DNA from: Eledone cirrhosa
Taxonomy: Eukaryota
Length of the DNA: 64,000 nucleotides
Assembly: GCA_964016885.1 (NCBI GenBank)
Contig: OZ024741.1
Coordinates: 43,214,001-43,278,000, forward strand
Direction: 5' to 3'
Part shown: positions 11,985-27,237 of the stretch, piece after piece
Position numbering within the stretch: position 1 is the stretch's first letter
Layout: each line of letters opens with the position of its first letter
Made by a program: the position numbers and the translations under genes
Notes under the pieces: model-generated
Database searches by the model: none
Told to the model about the DNA's origin: nothing
The model's input: only the letters and a program-made list of their open reading frames with translations

Positions 11985-13519
11985 CCAAATAAATATATAT
12001 TTAAAAAACAAAAAGACTCCAGTTGCATTTTGGATTTCATCTTCTTTTCTCATACTTCCACTCGTGTAGGACACCGGTTATTTTTCATTTTGTAAAAAAA
12101 CCTCACTTTCTAATATATATATATATGTGTGTGTGCGTGTGTGTGTGTGCGCGCGTGTCTGTGTGTGTGTGTGTGTATGTGTGTGTGTGTGTGTGTGTGA
12201 GTGTGTGAGTGTGTGTGCGTGTGTGTGTGTATGTGCGTGTGTATGCGCGCGCGTGTGTGTGTGTGTGTGTTTTTTTAGATATCGATATATAGAAAAATAG
12301 AGATATATACTAAATTAGATAATATCAACAAATCCATTGATAGAACAACAGCTGGTTAAAGCCCGAGAATTAGGGCAAAAGGGAATTAGTGCATGTCTTT
12401 GAATCCAATAGGATTAAGAATTGAATAATCAATGCACAAATATTTCAAAATACTAAACTATGTTGTATTTGATGTGTTTAATTCTTTGAATTACCCCGCA
12501 CACACAATCATGTCTCAAACACAAATACATTAAACACAGTACGGATCTAGATATTTTGTGTTTGAAGCTTTCCTAACCATAATTCCAGTGAAATACAGTG
12601 CCAGTAGAGTTATGAATGTGGTGTTTAGAATATAACGTTTAAAATCTCTAAAATTTTGAAATGGCATTATAGAAATAAGGATAGTCGCAGGTGTGTTGAT
12701 ATTAAAGGGGTTAAAAGTGTCTTGACAACGTGTTAAACGTTGTCACCGATAGCCTATAAACAAACGATATCATGGCTTATTATCTGCTATGTTATTTCTC
12801 TTTCTTTTCTTTTGAGTGATGTTTGTAACTTATATGGGTATACGACATGTTATATCCTATATATATTCATATCTCTATTTTTAACAAAACTTCTTATATT
12901 TAGTTGTTAAAAGCTCTTGTTTCCATAATGCCGTTTATAGAGTTCGTATATAAACTACAGTATTGCATCAACATTTTATGTAGGAAATGTTCTACTCATT
13001 ATATTTTAAACATGTATTTGATAATGAAAATATCAGTTATTTTATTAAATTACTCCAAATTATTGATAATTTTCAAAATGAAATAGAAACTAGAATAGGA
13101 AGTGTAGTTCATTAAGTAACCATAAAATAGCTAAATCCACGCTGTTTTCGTATGTATACGTGTTTGTGGGTGTACCCGTGTTTGTGTGTTATTTGTATAT
13201 AAATAGCTCCCTCGATAGATTCGTGTAGTAATTTCCTCAGACGAAAACGGAACGATTGTGAGGTATCTCATATTGGCATTGCGATATATTTGAGCCCCGA
13301 ATATATAAATATATATATATATATATACTTCATAAATAATAATCAAAGAGTGTTTAAAACATTTAATCACTTACGATCGTTACATCCTAGGCAGCTTCCA
13401 TCGGATATATAATAAATGTTGAAACACAAATATATCAGAAGTTTTGCATATGAACATTAGGAGGATTCACAATATAGGGAGTAAGGATAAGTATCAACAT
13501 TTATAAAAGAAAATATGTT

Positions 13520-13612
13520 GTGCTTTTGCGGGATTTGAACTCAGACTGTAAAGGGACGTAACTATGCTGGAAAGCATGGTGTCCGACTCTCTACCGATAT
13601 TGCCAATCCAAT
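13520..13612 (-). mobile_element. SINE 5' fragment
   Basis: Reverse complement of the SINE head. Confidence 0.75.
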
Positions 13613-14127
13613 TTATCTTTATGACTGAATGACGCTGTCGAACTCTTTATATTCAATATTCAAAATATTTTGGGGAGATGTATTTATACATTTTCGAAAT
13701 TATATTTGAACTGTACACCTGCTCTTATTAACTTTATAAACTTTTTTAATACTCATGATATATGTTTATTTACTAATTATGATATATGTCTTTTACTTTA
13801 CTTAACCTTTCTATAGCAGCATGTTTCTCTATAGCGACCTTTTTCTTTTCAATTTGTTATGCTTTTAGCCTCACCTAATTTTATTTTATTGTATTTATAT
13901 ACTCATATTTTTCATATGCTTCTTCCGCCTTTGCTATCTTTTCTTATATAAATGTTGATACTTATTCTTACTTCCCATTTTATGTATCCTCCTAATGTTC
14001 TTATGATAAACTATTGATATATTTGTGCTTCGACCTTTATTATATATATATATCAATAGCGAAACGCGCTTCACTACTAAAAAAACGTAACAAATAGGCC
14101 TCCTTTTTATTATTATTATATATATAT

Positions 14128-14278
14128 ATGCTTTGCAGCACAGTTACGTCCCTTTACGGACTGAGTTCAAATCCCGCCGAGGTTAACTTTGCCTTTCATC
14201 CTTACGGGGTCGATAAAATAAAGTACCAGTAATACACTGGAGTAATTGCTGGCCTTGTGCCAAATGTAGAAACAATTA
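14128..14278 (+). mobile_element. SINE, 5'-truncated
   Basis: Matches the SINE consensus in this window. Confidence 0.85.
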
Positions 14279-14294
14279 TATATATATATGAAAA

Positions 14295-14465
14295 TGTATA
14301 ACCCCGATGGCAGAGCTCAAGCCGTTTCGACGGCTATTTGTGAACCTAGTCTTGAGCTCTGCCGTCGGGGCTAAACATTTTCCTATTACCCACTCTACTA
14401 CCCTAAGTATTGAGTACTCTGGTGCGTTATGGTCCATCTGGGTCCTTACCACACCTCATTCGTTA
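14295..14465 (+). mobile_element. Fold-back mini-element family F1 (internally deleted copy)
   Basis: Shares the palindrome arms and the tail CCTATTACCCACTCTACTAC...CTTACCAC with the copies at 27720 and 63738. Confidence 0.75.
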
Positions 14466-14667
14466 TATATATATATATATATATATATGTTCACAACAGA
14501 TATATATTTATAACATGATCATTCTGTTCTTTTTATCCAAAGAATGTAAATTATGTCGTCCTTAATGAAAGAGAAGATAATTAATTGTGAGACGACGTGT
14601 GAGATATATTTCTTGATATTAATTAGTGCAGTGTTATGATGTGGTGTTGCTTGATATATATATATAT

Positions 14668-14731
<64 letters not shown>

Positions 14732-15706
14732 CGTAAAGTAAGAAAAAATATAACAAGAATTTCCAAGTTTAACATATATTTCATAGCATTTCCTGCTTAA
14801 GACCTATTTTCCAATGACAACAAATAAATAAACGGACTGTGTTTGCGATGGTGAGCTGTACCCACGAAATATGAACTCATGAATTATCAGATGAAAATAT
14901 TTTATTTCTAAATTGTATTCTATTGGTTTTTCAAAAACAATTTGAATCACATATTTCACAATCCTCAACATAAACTATACAAATATGTAGTTCTTTATTT
15001 TGAACGCATAATATAATAAAAAAGAAGCAATAAATGTGTCATAAATAAAGAATACTTATCACCAGAAAGAAAACGAAAAGTTTACTTAAAACAAATCACC
15101 ATATTTACCGCTATCCCTTTAACGCCTGGAAAATGTTGATGTTGCTGATACTGTAAAAGTTCAGTCAAAAGTTACAAAGAACATACAATAACTGCTGAAG
15201 CTTCCAACATTGATAATGTAGAAAGCTATTAATATTATTTATTCTGAGTCTCCAAAGATGTATAATAATATTTGTTTCAGAAATTAAGTCCAATCTTATT
15301 TATTTTCTTCCCTGTGAGGGGGGAAATACAGCACGGTTAACAGTTTGTATCCTGTATCCACATATCCAGATGTGTGCACTAGTTAAGTGGGAAGCAGAAG
15401 TCTAGTTGTAAGTCTGGTGTTAGGTTGATGTAACGAAACCGGGCCATCAGGGGCTTTTTTTGACAATGGGAGAGATCATCGATTCTCATTTGGCAGTTAC
15501 CACTCGCTCGAAGCTGGGATACCCCCAGCCAGTACGGCTAACCTCACTGAGTGCGTGGGGTTCAGGATAAAGACCGACAAGCGATTTGATAAATGAGTAA
15601 AAGGAAAGATAGTTACCTGTCAAACCCAGAACCGGCTTTGCGCCACAAACAGTCTCGAGAGATTATGCAGTATACAACTGCATATTCTCTCAAGATTGAC
15701 AGATCA

Positions 15707-15799
<93 letters not shown>

Positions 15800-15864
15800 G
15801 AAAAGCTTCAGGACCTCGTCGGGTGAGCTCTGGCTGTTTCGACAGCTAGATCCGAACTCGATGA

Positions 15865-15963
<99 letters not shown>

Positions 15964-16384
15964 TTATATATATATATATATATATATATTCATATATCGG
16001 AAAACCATGTGACCGCGACCAGTGTTTACTGCTAAAATTCACTACCGGCGCGGCTGAGAGCGGATACCTGTTGAGAAAGTGAATCCTCTGTTCGATCTTC
16101 CAAAACCAATAACTTGCATGCCCCGCAAGTGGATTTTGTTAATTTCGGATTCACAGAAACCTAGCGGAGATATTGCATAATACTGACGCGATGGTCCAAG
16201 TTTGTCAAATTATCCTGAGTCAGTTTTCTCGTTGTTTTGGTCACCGCGGCTGGCTTACTTCGACTTTACTCACATTGCTGCAACTTCAACTTTACTCACA
16301 TTATTGTTATATATATGTATATACATAAATAATATATATATCTTTACACTTTACCCTATATATATATTATGTATATTGGGTTAA

Positions 16385-16690
16385 GTGGAAAGATCCCTTT
16401 CATTCACAAGTAAGCATGGGATTTGCACCTAGAAAGTTGCCCACCGAGGATCAAATCCGGTTATGGTCGTTTGTGAAAGGAGAACAGTTACCCATGCATA
16501 CTAATCTCCCCTCTCCACGCCACCGATGTTGTCTAAGGGAATGGCTAAGGCATAAAATTCTGACACCAGTGACGTCGCAACTCATTTCTACAGGTGCATA
16601 AGCTGGAGCAACGGGAAATAAAATGTCTTGCCCAAGAACACAACATACAGCCCTGTTCGACCACTAAGCCGCTAAACCATGTGCCTTCAG
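16385..16690 (-). mobile_element. Second cephalopod-type SINE family
   Basis: CTGGAGCAACGGGAAATAAAATGTCTTGCCCAAGAACACAAC, a SINE-like segment recognised from memory. Confidence 0.6.
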
Positions 16691-16707
16691 CCCACAGAAA
16701 ACCGTAT

Positions 16708-16900
16708 GTGGTGGATTGGCATTATCGGTAGAGGATCGGACGACATGCTTTGCAGTATCGAGTTCGGCCGTTTATGATCTGAGTTAAAATCCCACCGTGG
16801 TTAACTTTACCTTTCATCCTTACAGGGTCGATAAAATAAAGTACCAGTCACGCACTGTGGTCGATTTAATCGACTTTCCCGTCCCCCAAAATTGCTGGCT
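16708..16900 (+). mobile_element. SINE
   Basis: Matches the SINE head and body. Confidence 0.8.
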
Positions 16901-16903
16901 ATT

Positions 16904-17544
16904 GTTTATTTATGTTCATGGAACAAAGGCGCTACCCAAGATTTCAAGGTTCAAATATGACCATACCTCCAGAAAACAAGAGGCATAAAAAAAGTAACCT
17001 TTCTTCAGGCGCTAATATAACTTCATAAGATACCTTTTGCTAAGAAAGCATGTTTACGAAAGATAACGTCAAAAACTAAGGGAAGTAATTGCTTGCTAAG
17101 TGGAAATATTCAACAAGTCTGACCGATTTTCAACCACCTTAATTTGATTTATATACTTTCTTTATGGGTTTTCTTTCTCCTTTTCTTTACACACTTACAA
17201 AATAGAGCACACCTTCTATACTACTATACTCAATACATTAATAAATATTACCATCTCTATATTACATTCCACCACTTAATAAAATTCTTCTACTATATTA
17301 TGCCAACACAAACACAGTTTGAGCTCATAATTCATATTTACATAATATTTTTTGACGTTATCTTTCATAAACATTCGTTCTTATGAATATTTATTTTGAA
17401 AGGTGTCTTTAAATAAATATAAATTCGTATTAGTGATTGAGGATAGGCTGCTATTTTAAAGCCTCTCGTTTTCTGGTGCTATGGTCAAATTTGGACCTTG
17501 AAACTTTGGGTAGCGCTTTTGTTCTGTCTATGAACGTAAATAAA
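16904..17544. mobile_element. MITE-like element with ~80-bp imperfect terminal inverted repeats
   Basis: GCGCTACCCAAGATTTCAAGGTTCAAATATGACCATA versus TATGGTCAAATTTGGACCTTGAAACTTTGGGTAGCGC; non-coding interior. Confidence 0.7.
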
Positions 17545-17694
17545 TGATATAATATTCTGCTCTCTTCCTGGTTCAGCACTGTTTTCCTTTTGCCTTTTCA
17601 CATAGGCAGATATTGTTATCTACACACACACACATGTATACATACATACACACATCTATATATATATACATATATATATACACACAGGCGCAAG

Positions 17695-17730
<36 letters not shown>

Positions 17731-18246
17731 GTATATATAAATATACAAATACACACACACACACACACATATATATAGATGGATAATCTATGTGCTCATA
17801 TGCATGTGTGTATACTATAACTATTCATGTATATTTGCTTGTGCGTTTGTGTGTGTGTTTTGATATATGTCATTTCGAACGTAGAGAAACTATCCTATTT
17901 TCCACGAAGTGAATGATAAGAGTTTAGAATTGAAAAAAAAGGTAATTAAATAACCGTTTATTTGATTAACGGTCTTGCAAAGCTAGCCTTTTGAAGACAA
18001 ACTGTAGAATTTATCTTATTTAGAATAGGAAAAAATATATATGCTAATATAAATGTGATATATAACTAAAGGCAAAGCGGTAATACTTTACATATTTATT
18101 CTCCCAAGAAAAACGCTGCAGTGTCTTCGACATTTCAGCTTTGAGCTTATTCCGAATGTGATGAAGTGACGTTTGTTTTAGTAAGACGTTGAACATATTG
18201 AGGCAAAAGAAAATGACAATCGAAATATATATATATATATATATAT

Positions 18247-18379
<133 letters not shown>

Positions 18380-18408
18380 GGTTACGGACGCTTTAAGCAT
18401 CCAACACC

Positions 18409-18507
<99 letters not shown>

Positions 18508-18521
18508 CATACATATATATA

Positions 18522-18969
18522 TGGTGGCTGCCAACTCGTTTTTGAGTACGGCCACTACTTTATATGAATGTAGGAGAACCCCTACCGATGCACTGAACGT
18601 GTGTGACTTTTTAGTCCAGCCAGCGACTTGAAAACTCTGGTACAAACACTACACATGTGACAATTATTGACACAGAGCTGGGCCCATGGTACCATGTGAT
18701 GACAAGTGCAGAGAGATCTCCAGATATAAAGCAATGCCTGTGCCGTGAAGCTTTTATAGTGAGCAAAGGCACTGCACAAAGCCAGTCCCACTCTCTTAAC
18801 CAAGATGATATTTACCAAAAAGAAGAACAAGTCAACATCATTGGATACCATCAGGGTTGCAGGTGTTATATCAGAGTTTTCCTTCTAGAATTCTGCCTTG
18901 ACAAAGGCTAAAGGGTCATCTCTCCCGGTGATTTTGGATGGCCATTGACCTTATGAGCTCCCTTGCCCT

Positions 18970-18970
<1 letters not shown>
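18522..18970 (-). mobile_element. RTE-like LINE 3' end
   Basis: C-terminal C2H2 motif [22 protein letters not shown] then stop; 3' tail repeated at ~19895-19950. Confidence 0.6.
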
Positions 18971-19003
<33 letters not shown>

Positions 19004-19895
19004 CACATACACATACATACGCATATACATACACATATACACATGTATATACATATACATACATCTACACATGTACATGCATATACATACACACACATAC
19101 ATACATATACATATATATACCCACACATATACACATATATATACATATACACATATACATACATACAAATGCATACACATACACATATATATATATATAT
19201 ACACACACATACATATATATATACATATACATACCCATACACATATATACATATATACACACCCACATATACATACATATATATATACACATACACGCAC
19301 TTATACACACATATACACGCACATATACATATATATATATATATACGTACATATACACATACATACACGCACATACACACATATATATACGTATATATAC
19401 ACACATACAAACGTATATATACACATATACACGTACATATACACATATACACGTACATATATACACATATACACGTATATACATACATACATATACGTAT
19501 ATATACATACATATACATATATACATATATACATATACATACACATACACATATATATATATACATACACACATATACATACATACACACATACATATAC
19601 ATACATATACACATACATACACATATATATACATACACATATATATACACACACATACATATACATACATATACACATACATACATATACACATATACAT
19701 ACATATATACACATACATACATATACACATATACATACATATATACACATACATACATATATACATATACATACATATATATACTTATACATACACATAC
19801 ATACACATACATATATACATATACACACATATACATACATACACACATATACATACACATACACATACATATACATATACATATACATATATATA
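18971..19895. repeat. Compound (CA/TA/TACA)n microsatellite
   Basis: Low-complexity tract; source of spurious long ORFs. Confidence 0.95.
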
Positions 19896-19958
19896 TGGTG
19901 GCTGCCGACTCGTTTTCGAGCACGGCCACTACTTTATATCCATGTATGAGAACATATA

Positions 19959-20044
<86 letters not shown>

Positions 20045-20392
20045 GCAGACCAGACCCCTTCTTCCTCCCGTTAGACCTGTGCGAAATGCCTTCCTTGCTC
20101 ACATTTCAACCATGTTTGATGGTCTTTATTCTCTCTTTCACGATTCCACCGAATTTATATTCATAGAAATCTGGGACTTGTTTCTTCTTCATCACTTTCT
20201 GCTGCTTAAACCATTTTGTCTGTTTACCCTAGCGTCCCCTTTATTTACGTGTCCCAACGACCTTCTTTAGCCGTTGCTCGCACCAACCTGAGGTATATGG
20301 CCTTTAATGCGACGAAATGCCTACGACGGTTGGAAGGCCACTGATGAGGACACACTTTTTCATATGTAACCCATTTGCAGCGCCGCAGCTCC

Positions 20393-20485
<93 letters not shown>

Positions 20486-20543
20486 GTATATATAACATAT
20501 GTATATATATATATATATGTATATATATATGTATATATATATG

Positions 20544-20742
<199 letters not shown>

Positions 20743-20824
20743 AGTTTTACATTTACATAAAGTTATAGATATATATGTTGCAACCGGTCACTATTTTATC
20801 TAATAATTCTAAACACATGATTTA

Positions 20825-20905
<81 letters not shown>

Positions 20906-21076
20906 CAATATCGGAGAAAGCTTTTTAGCGATACTCCGGCCAAATTCCAACTCACTCAACAAAGATTAGGAAATAAGTGATTATATTCCCAATTATGCGT
21001 TCGGGGTGCTAACTAAACGTATTGCGTGGAAAATTGGCTGTATTATTTCAAATGAGACATATCTAATATATCTCTT

Positions 21077-21203
21077 CCCAGACGGATGTCTCGTTTTATT
21101 ATAGGATTCCTACAATTTGGGTGAAATTATACCAATTTATGTAGGAGCTTGTATACCATCAATAGATATATATTCAAGTGGGCTCCTATAATTCATCAGT
21201 GGG
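21077..21203 (-). ncRNA. HHR with a long stem II and a G12>A change
   Basis: Minus strand: ccca-CTGATGA-attatagg...cctataat-AAA-acg(agacatc)cgt-C-tggg. Confidence 0.6.
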
Positions 21204-21452
21204 TGCCCCAATAATGCTAATATTGATAATCTAACCAACATAAGCATTTAGCGATAATCACTTTCTGTGCCTGAGATATCTGTCAGGTTGCCAGTCCAGC
21301 AGTTCTAACGAAGTGCTCGAACTGATTAAAAAAATGAGGAAGTGAATTACCGCAAAAAAAAACAATACATGCGCGTGACAATGGACTCTGAAAGGAATTC
21401 AGGCCACGTGCTAAGAACTCAATTTGAAATATATATTGGATATATATATATA

Positions 21453-21541
<89 letters not shown>

Positions 21542-23913
21542 ATATATATATATATATATATAGGAACTTTATTGATTTTTGTGTTTCAATTGTGGGTTCA
21601 TTAATTATATTTCATCACGTTGATAAATATTCATTAGGCATATTAAAAAAAGAAAATTCTGTGTATTCCGTTTTGCACAAGTCCAAATAATTTAGTAGGG
21701 GCTCTTGAAAGAGAAATACATGAAATATTGAATAACAAAGGTTTAGAAACAATTCCATTAATTCATGCTTTTGTTTAGCTTGATGTCACATATTTTAATT
21801 TGGTTCATTGTTATTATTATTGACTCTTTCGGTGTTTGTGTTTGAGTCAATTCTTCAAGCTTTGAGTCATTTTGGTTTTTATTGGATACATTGTTGTTAG
21901 GAAATTGGTTTTTTGGTGTTGTGGTGATTCTTGTATTGTTGATTCAGTCACATAGTGTTTATTGTAGGGTTGGGTTCCATTGCATTCGTGGATCTTTAGA
22001 AGGATCAGTCTGTACAGGGAAATTGCTGTAATAGTTTAAGCAGTATGAACAATGATTGCAGTTATTTCTGTACACCAATTCGTCACCACCCCCACGTATA
22101 TATATATATATATATATATATATAATGAAAAAAATATTACAGCACGTAGTGAAGGCCCTGTTGACCATGGCTGATCAAAGATACGCATTTGGAAAATTCC
22201 TCTCTAATGTGTTAAGCTGGGAGAAGCAATTCTGTAAAACCAGCAGCCTTCCATTCATGCAACTTTACCCTGTCCACACCATCGATGTTGTCAACAGATG
22301 GGAAAGACCTGTACTACGTGCCACTAATCTAGTCTCATGTCAATTCAGAAAGTTAAATGGCTGGGAAACGTTCGCGTATGGCATGACGTTTGACAAGATT
22401 ATTCCAGTAATCTGGCTCCTTGTACATGCATGTTATCTATATTTTCCGTAATGTACGGAAGCAAAGTTGAACCCGGTGGTATTCGAATTCAGAGTGACAG
22501 GGCCGGAACAAATAGTGCAACATATTTTATCCAACGCTCTGATGACGATTTACCGCGAACTACTGAGACAAATTATGTATTTATTGTTAGCTAATCTATC
22601 TGCTCAATCCTCTAGGTACATGTTTTCCATACAATCCCTAACGGGGACTTTATACTTACCGTTTTACACAGTAAAGTGTGAACTCCAAATTAATTGATCA
22701 GTGTCTACCTGTGACAGACTTGAAAGGTAAGGTTATAGGTTTAATTATGATGAGTACAAAGATTAAGTTTACAAACCAGAATGTAGAGAGAAAGGAAGTT
22801 GTAGTCTGGTTGACAGCAATGGGAGATGAAGAAGGAATCAATGAAAGGAGATGTGAGATATATATATTAGGTAAGAATGGACAGCTAAATGGAAGTATCT
22901 TAGCTCTTTCCTTTCACGTTACTAAATCACTCCCTCGTATGAGCTTCAGTGTTTAATGTGATACGGTGGGCCGTAGTTGGCAAGCGAAAAGAAAACGGTA
23001 TGGTTTGTTCGAATACGTTTTCATCATGATTGTTTGAGCAACAATAGTCAATCGACCTGCTAGATATCTCGCATATATTCTACCTAAAGTGACAACTACT
23101 AATTTTACACCACGAAGGAAAATTTTGAACGTAGATAAGCTGGTCTTGGCTGGATCGTGTTCGATCATAAATATATTCATTCAGGTATGACGCAGGGCTA
23201 AACAACAATAGGAACAATAACTGTTATTGTTATGTAGGGCTGCTTTTTTGACAATACACATACATACAAAAAGTATCAAACAGCAACGTAAACTCAGTAT
23301 CACCCATCGATCGTTTCAATCTTGTACCAATAACAGCAGTAATAATAACAATGACAGCAACAATGACTTTACATAATCTTTATACTTTATAGCCTATCGA
23401 TCTGGTATTTCTTTTCAATTGCGTTTACCTTCCAACAACAAACTTTCAGAAACGAAATCAGAATAGAAAACACAGTTACGTTATTCAGTTCTCCTAAGTT
23501 CTATCTAAAGCTACAATATAGAAATATACCACATCAACAATAACAATGATTATAAGAGTAAAAACATAATAGTATGTAATATTATTTTACAATATTATCG
23601 CAAAGGATAAATACGAAGCTTGACAAAAATAACATATTCCAGAACAAGCAAATGGACTTGTACATGAAAAGATTCGATACAGATCGATAATGCAATAATT
23701 CAAGAATAGAATAATAGAATCATGGCATGGATTTATTTCCAGGAAAAGTTCCATGGTGGTTCCTAATCGTGGATTGTGGAAACCTTATCCATAAGCACGT
23801 TAACAGCATTAACCAATAGCTACACCACACCAATCATTTATAAATATCAGTTGTGCCAGTACGAAAAAGGAGAACAAAACGATTTCTGTTAGAAGCGGGA
23901 GGTTCCAGATAGA

Positions 23914-23994
<81 letters not shown>

Positions 23995-24002
23995 TTCTTT
24001 CT

Positions 24003-24064
<62 letters not shown>

Positions 24065-24805
24065 CTCTTTCGCCCTCGTCAGTTCATTTTCTGCATGGCG
24101 CTTAGACATCAAAGTAACTTTCAAAATGAATGTGGTAGGCTTACAAATACAAATGCTACAGTTTGACATTCAAACATATGCCTTCAAGAGAAAACAAACT
24201 GTTTTAGTAAACAAACATAGCGCCAAATTACATTTAAAATAATAAGTCAAGTCAAACATCAGAAGTGAAACATATCGAAAACAATAGTATCTTGTGTGTT
24301 ACTAAAGAATTAAATATAGTAAATAGTAAATTGCAAACACATTTGAGTTAATGAACAAAGAAAGATTATCAAAGAACATTAGCTTAAGATATACCATGAG
24401 GAAGTGTGTTGAAATAGAAAATTAGTCATTGCATGATTTCTTCTGGCTCTTTACATTCTATGTTCGAATCCTGCTGAAGTCAACTTTGCTTTTCAACATT
24501 CTGCGACGATAACATAACTAAGGTTAATTTGACCAACTGTGCCGTTCCCTTAAATTTGGTGCCTTGTGTCTAAATAAAAAAATCAATATTTGCCACATAT
24601 TAAATGCTAGGCGTACCTATTGTGTATCATCTTGTTAGATTTTCCAGTAATAAGATGCAATCTTATAAGCTGGAAGCAAGGATAATTAGTAAAACTAGGA
24701 AGGAGAAGGAAGAAAAAGAAAATAATGATTGCATTTAATGTAAACACGTAAAGAAAAACAGGAAAAGGTGTATTTACAACGACAATTGGAAAGGATATAT
24801 ATATG

Positions 24806-24851
<46 letters not shown>

Positions 24852-24895
24852 ACATATATATATAGGTAAGGATCGATCGACTATCGGCAAATCGA

Positions 24896-24926
<31 letters not shown>

Positions 24927-25266
24927 CATATATATATAGGTAAGGATCGACTATCGTCAGATCGGACCGAAGAAAACATGTTTCCGTTCGTCTTTCCAGT
25001 TGCTAGTAGTATCTATCGATCGCAACACCAAGTATATATATATATATGAACAGTATTCCTTGAATGGCCCTGTTATTTTTCTCTAAAAACATTTTTTCCG
25101 ATTCCGCCCCGCCCGTCCCTTCAATTGTACTAATTTCTCATTCTTTATTCTGATGAAGGACTAACATCCGAAACTTTAAGACCCTCTTCCTGCTATTTCA
25201 AGCGTTAACCTAATATATTCCTTTCATATACTCTACCGATTGTGTTGTTATTTCTGTTTAACTTTT

Positions 25267-25310
<44 letters not shown>

Positions 25311-25410
25311 TTGGAAGAGATTTTTTTTTGGGGGGGGGGGGGGGGGCGGAACAAGCAAGAGAAAGCTCAACATTCTAGTTTTCAGTTATGATGGAAATTT
25401 TTTTAATAAA

Positions 25411-25808
25411 AATAACAAAAATACAGATGCTGATGTAAAATAAATCGTTTAATCATCGTAATTATTTCCATGCTTCTCCATGCAACCAAGAAGTCTTTCA
25501 TGCATTTGGTGTTGTTATGAGAACGGTATCCTCAGATGAAATTCGATTAAGTGATATGCTGCCGACAGGAAAAAATCCACCTCCTACTGCTCGTGTGTCC
25601 AGCAGACACATAGGTCTATATCTGGTGGACACACGAGCAGAAGGACATGTTTTTTCTGCCGGCAACATGTTACTAAATCGGATTTAATCTGAGGATACCG
25701 ATCTCATAACAACATCAGATGCATGAAAGACTTCTCGATTACACGGAGAACCGTAGAACTGATTATAATAATTAAATGATTTATGAAACATTAGCCTTTT
25801 TATTTTTG

Positions 25809-25812
<4 letters not shown>
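25411..25812. repeat. Diverged fold-back with ~195-bp arms
   Basis: For example GAAGTCTTTCATGCAT/ATGCATGAAAGACTTC and CTGCTCGTGTGTCCA/TGGACACACGAGCAG; ends in (TA)n. Confidence 0.8.
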
Positions 25813-25845
<33 letters not shown>

Positions 25846-25847
<2 letters not shown>

Positions 25848-26033
25848 TTTATCCCGGGTTCAATCGGGGAAACCACAGTAAATAAGGTACTCAATACAAA
25901 GCAGAGTATACATATTTAATATAGAAAGGCTTCTACACGACTAGAACTGTTTCATTCGTCAGAAATCATGGGCTCCCTGGTGATTTCTCCCGAATGAAAC
26001 AGTTCTAGTCCTGTAGATGCCTTTGTATATTAA

Positions 26034-26040
<7 letters not shown>
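25846..26040 (-). mobile_element. Fold-back mini-element with tail; partial copy at ~50560-50682
   Basis: Inverted arms ~25908-25968 and ~25981-26040; shared tail AAGTTTATCCCG...AAGGTACTCAATACAAAGCAG. Confidence 0.75.
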
Positions 26041-26070
<30 letters not shown>

Positions 26071-26130
26071 TGTGTGTGTGATTGTACGCGCGTGTGTGTG
26101 TGTGTGTGCGTATCCATTTATCTATCCATG

Positions 26131-26163
<33 letters not shown>

Positions 26164-27092
26164 CCATCTATCTATCTATCTCTCTCTATATATAATACAA
26201 CTTTTTATTATAATATATTTAAAGTAGCACTACAGAAAGGTACATGATAAAAATGAAAGATATTTTGATGCAAAAATTCGTAAAAACTGGAAACTTATAA
26301 CGTCCTGTTCCACATGAAACCGTATAACATAGTGCAAAGGAGAAAACTCTAATTCCTAACGCAATCATTATTTTCTTGAATTGTCAGATTCTCCAAAGAA
26401 ACTGACATTACGCTTTCTCTATATATGTTTTGAAGATACGTGTTTGAACAACAGTAATGTTGCATTCTCCAAGGCCGAACAATATATTCCATACTGCTTT
26501 CCTATACACAGATAATTAGTTGAATACGATTATGATTTATTGCTCTCAAATCAGGGCTTTCTTCTCTTTCTAATTGTTCATGACATTTTGTTGGTAATAG
26601 TATCTCTACTTAGCCTCTTTTGAGGTGTTTATCGGCTTCCATTTTCAAGTCCATAGAATATAGAAGATTGGCAATTATATACCTATTATTAATGTAATAT
26701 AAAGAAATTGCCACATTATGAAACGTATCTCGGGAACATAATTGCGACCTATGTTTTATTCTCAAGGAAATGGCGTGCATGTTGTCAGAATACTTTCCAA
26801 CGATGCATGCATATTGCAATTCTAGTGAGCTGAAAATAGAGATATATAAATCATATTGCAATTTTTCAAAGGAAAGTAAACTGGTCATTTCCATTTTCCT
26901 TTAAAATAAAGCATAACATCTTTTGTTCCTATGTTCATGTCTCTGTCTTATTCATTTTACTCTTTATTCTACAGAAGGCATGTACAATTTTTGCGCAAAA
27001 AAAAAAGCAATCCACCAACATATAATACTATTTTGAATGTGCTGTGTATGTGCGTATCTACGCGTATGTGTGCCTATGTATGGGTATGAGTG

Positions 27093-27150
<58 letters not shown>

Positions 27151-27173
27151 TATGTGTGTGTGTGCGTGTGTAA

Positions 27174-27237
<64 letters not shown>

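Larger units (their letters stand above)
9275..12095 (+). mobile_element. Neptune-like PLE with an inverted pseudo-LTR at the 5' end
   Basis: 9275-9436 is the reverse complement of ~11886-12050; RT and GIY-YIG lie between. Confidence 0.85.

Noticed and set aside
14003-14071. Hairpin followed by GAAACGCG, a possible HHR
   Set aside because: Core and stem I too degenerate
15310-15700. GC-richer segment with GGCTAA and hairpins, possibly an RTE 5' UTR or HDV-like ribozyme
   Set aside because: No consistent P1/P3 pairing found
20042-20393. Island with CTGATGAG (~20341) between TA tracts
   Set aside because: No downstream GAAA or stem III; possibly a LINE 5' fragment but not classifiable
22056-23180. 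Cluster of short non-repetitive ORFs, possibly host exons
   Set aside because: No convincing domain or splice pattern; only faint LRR-like words
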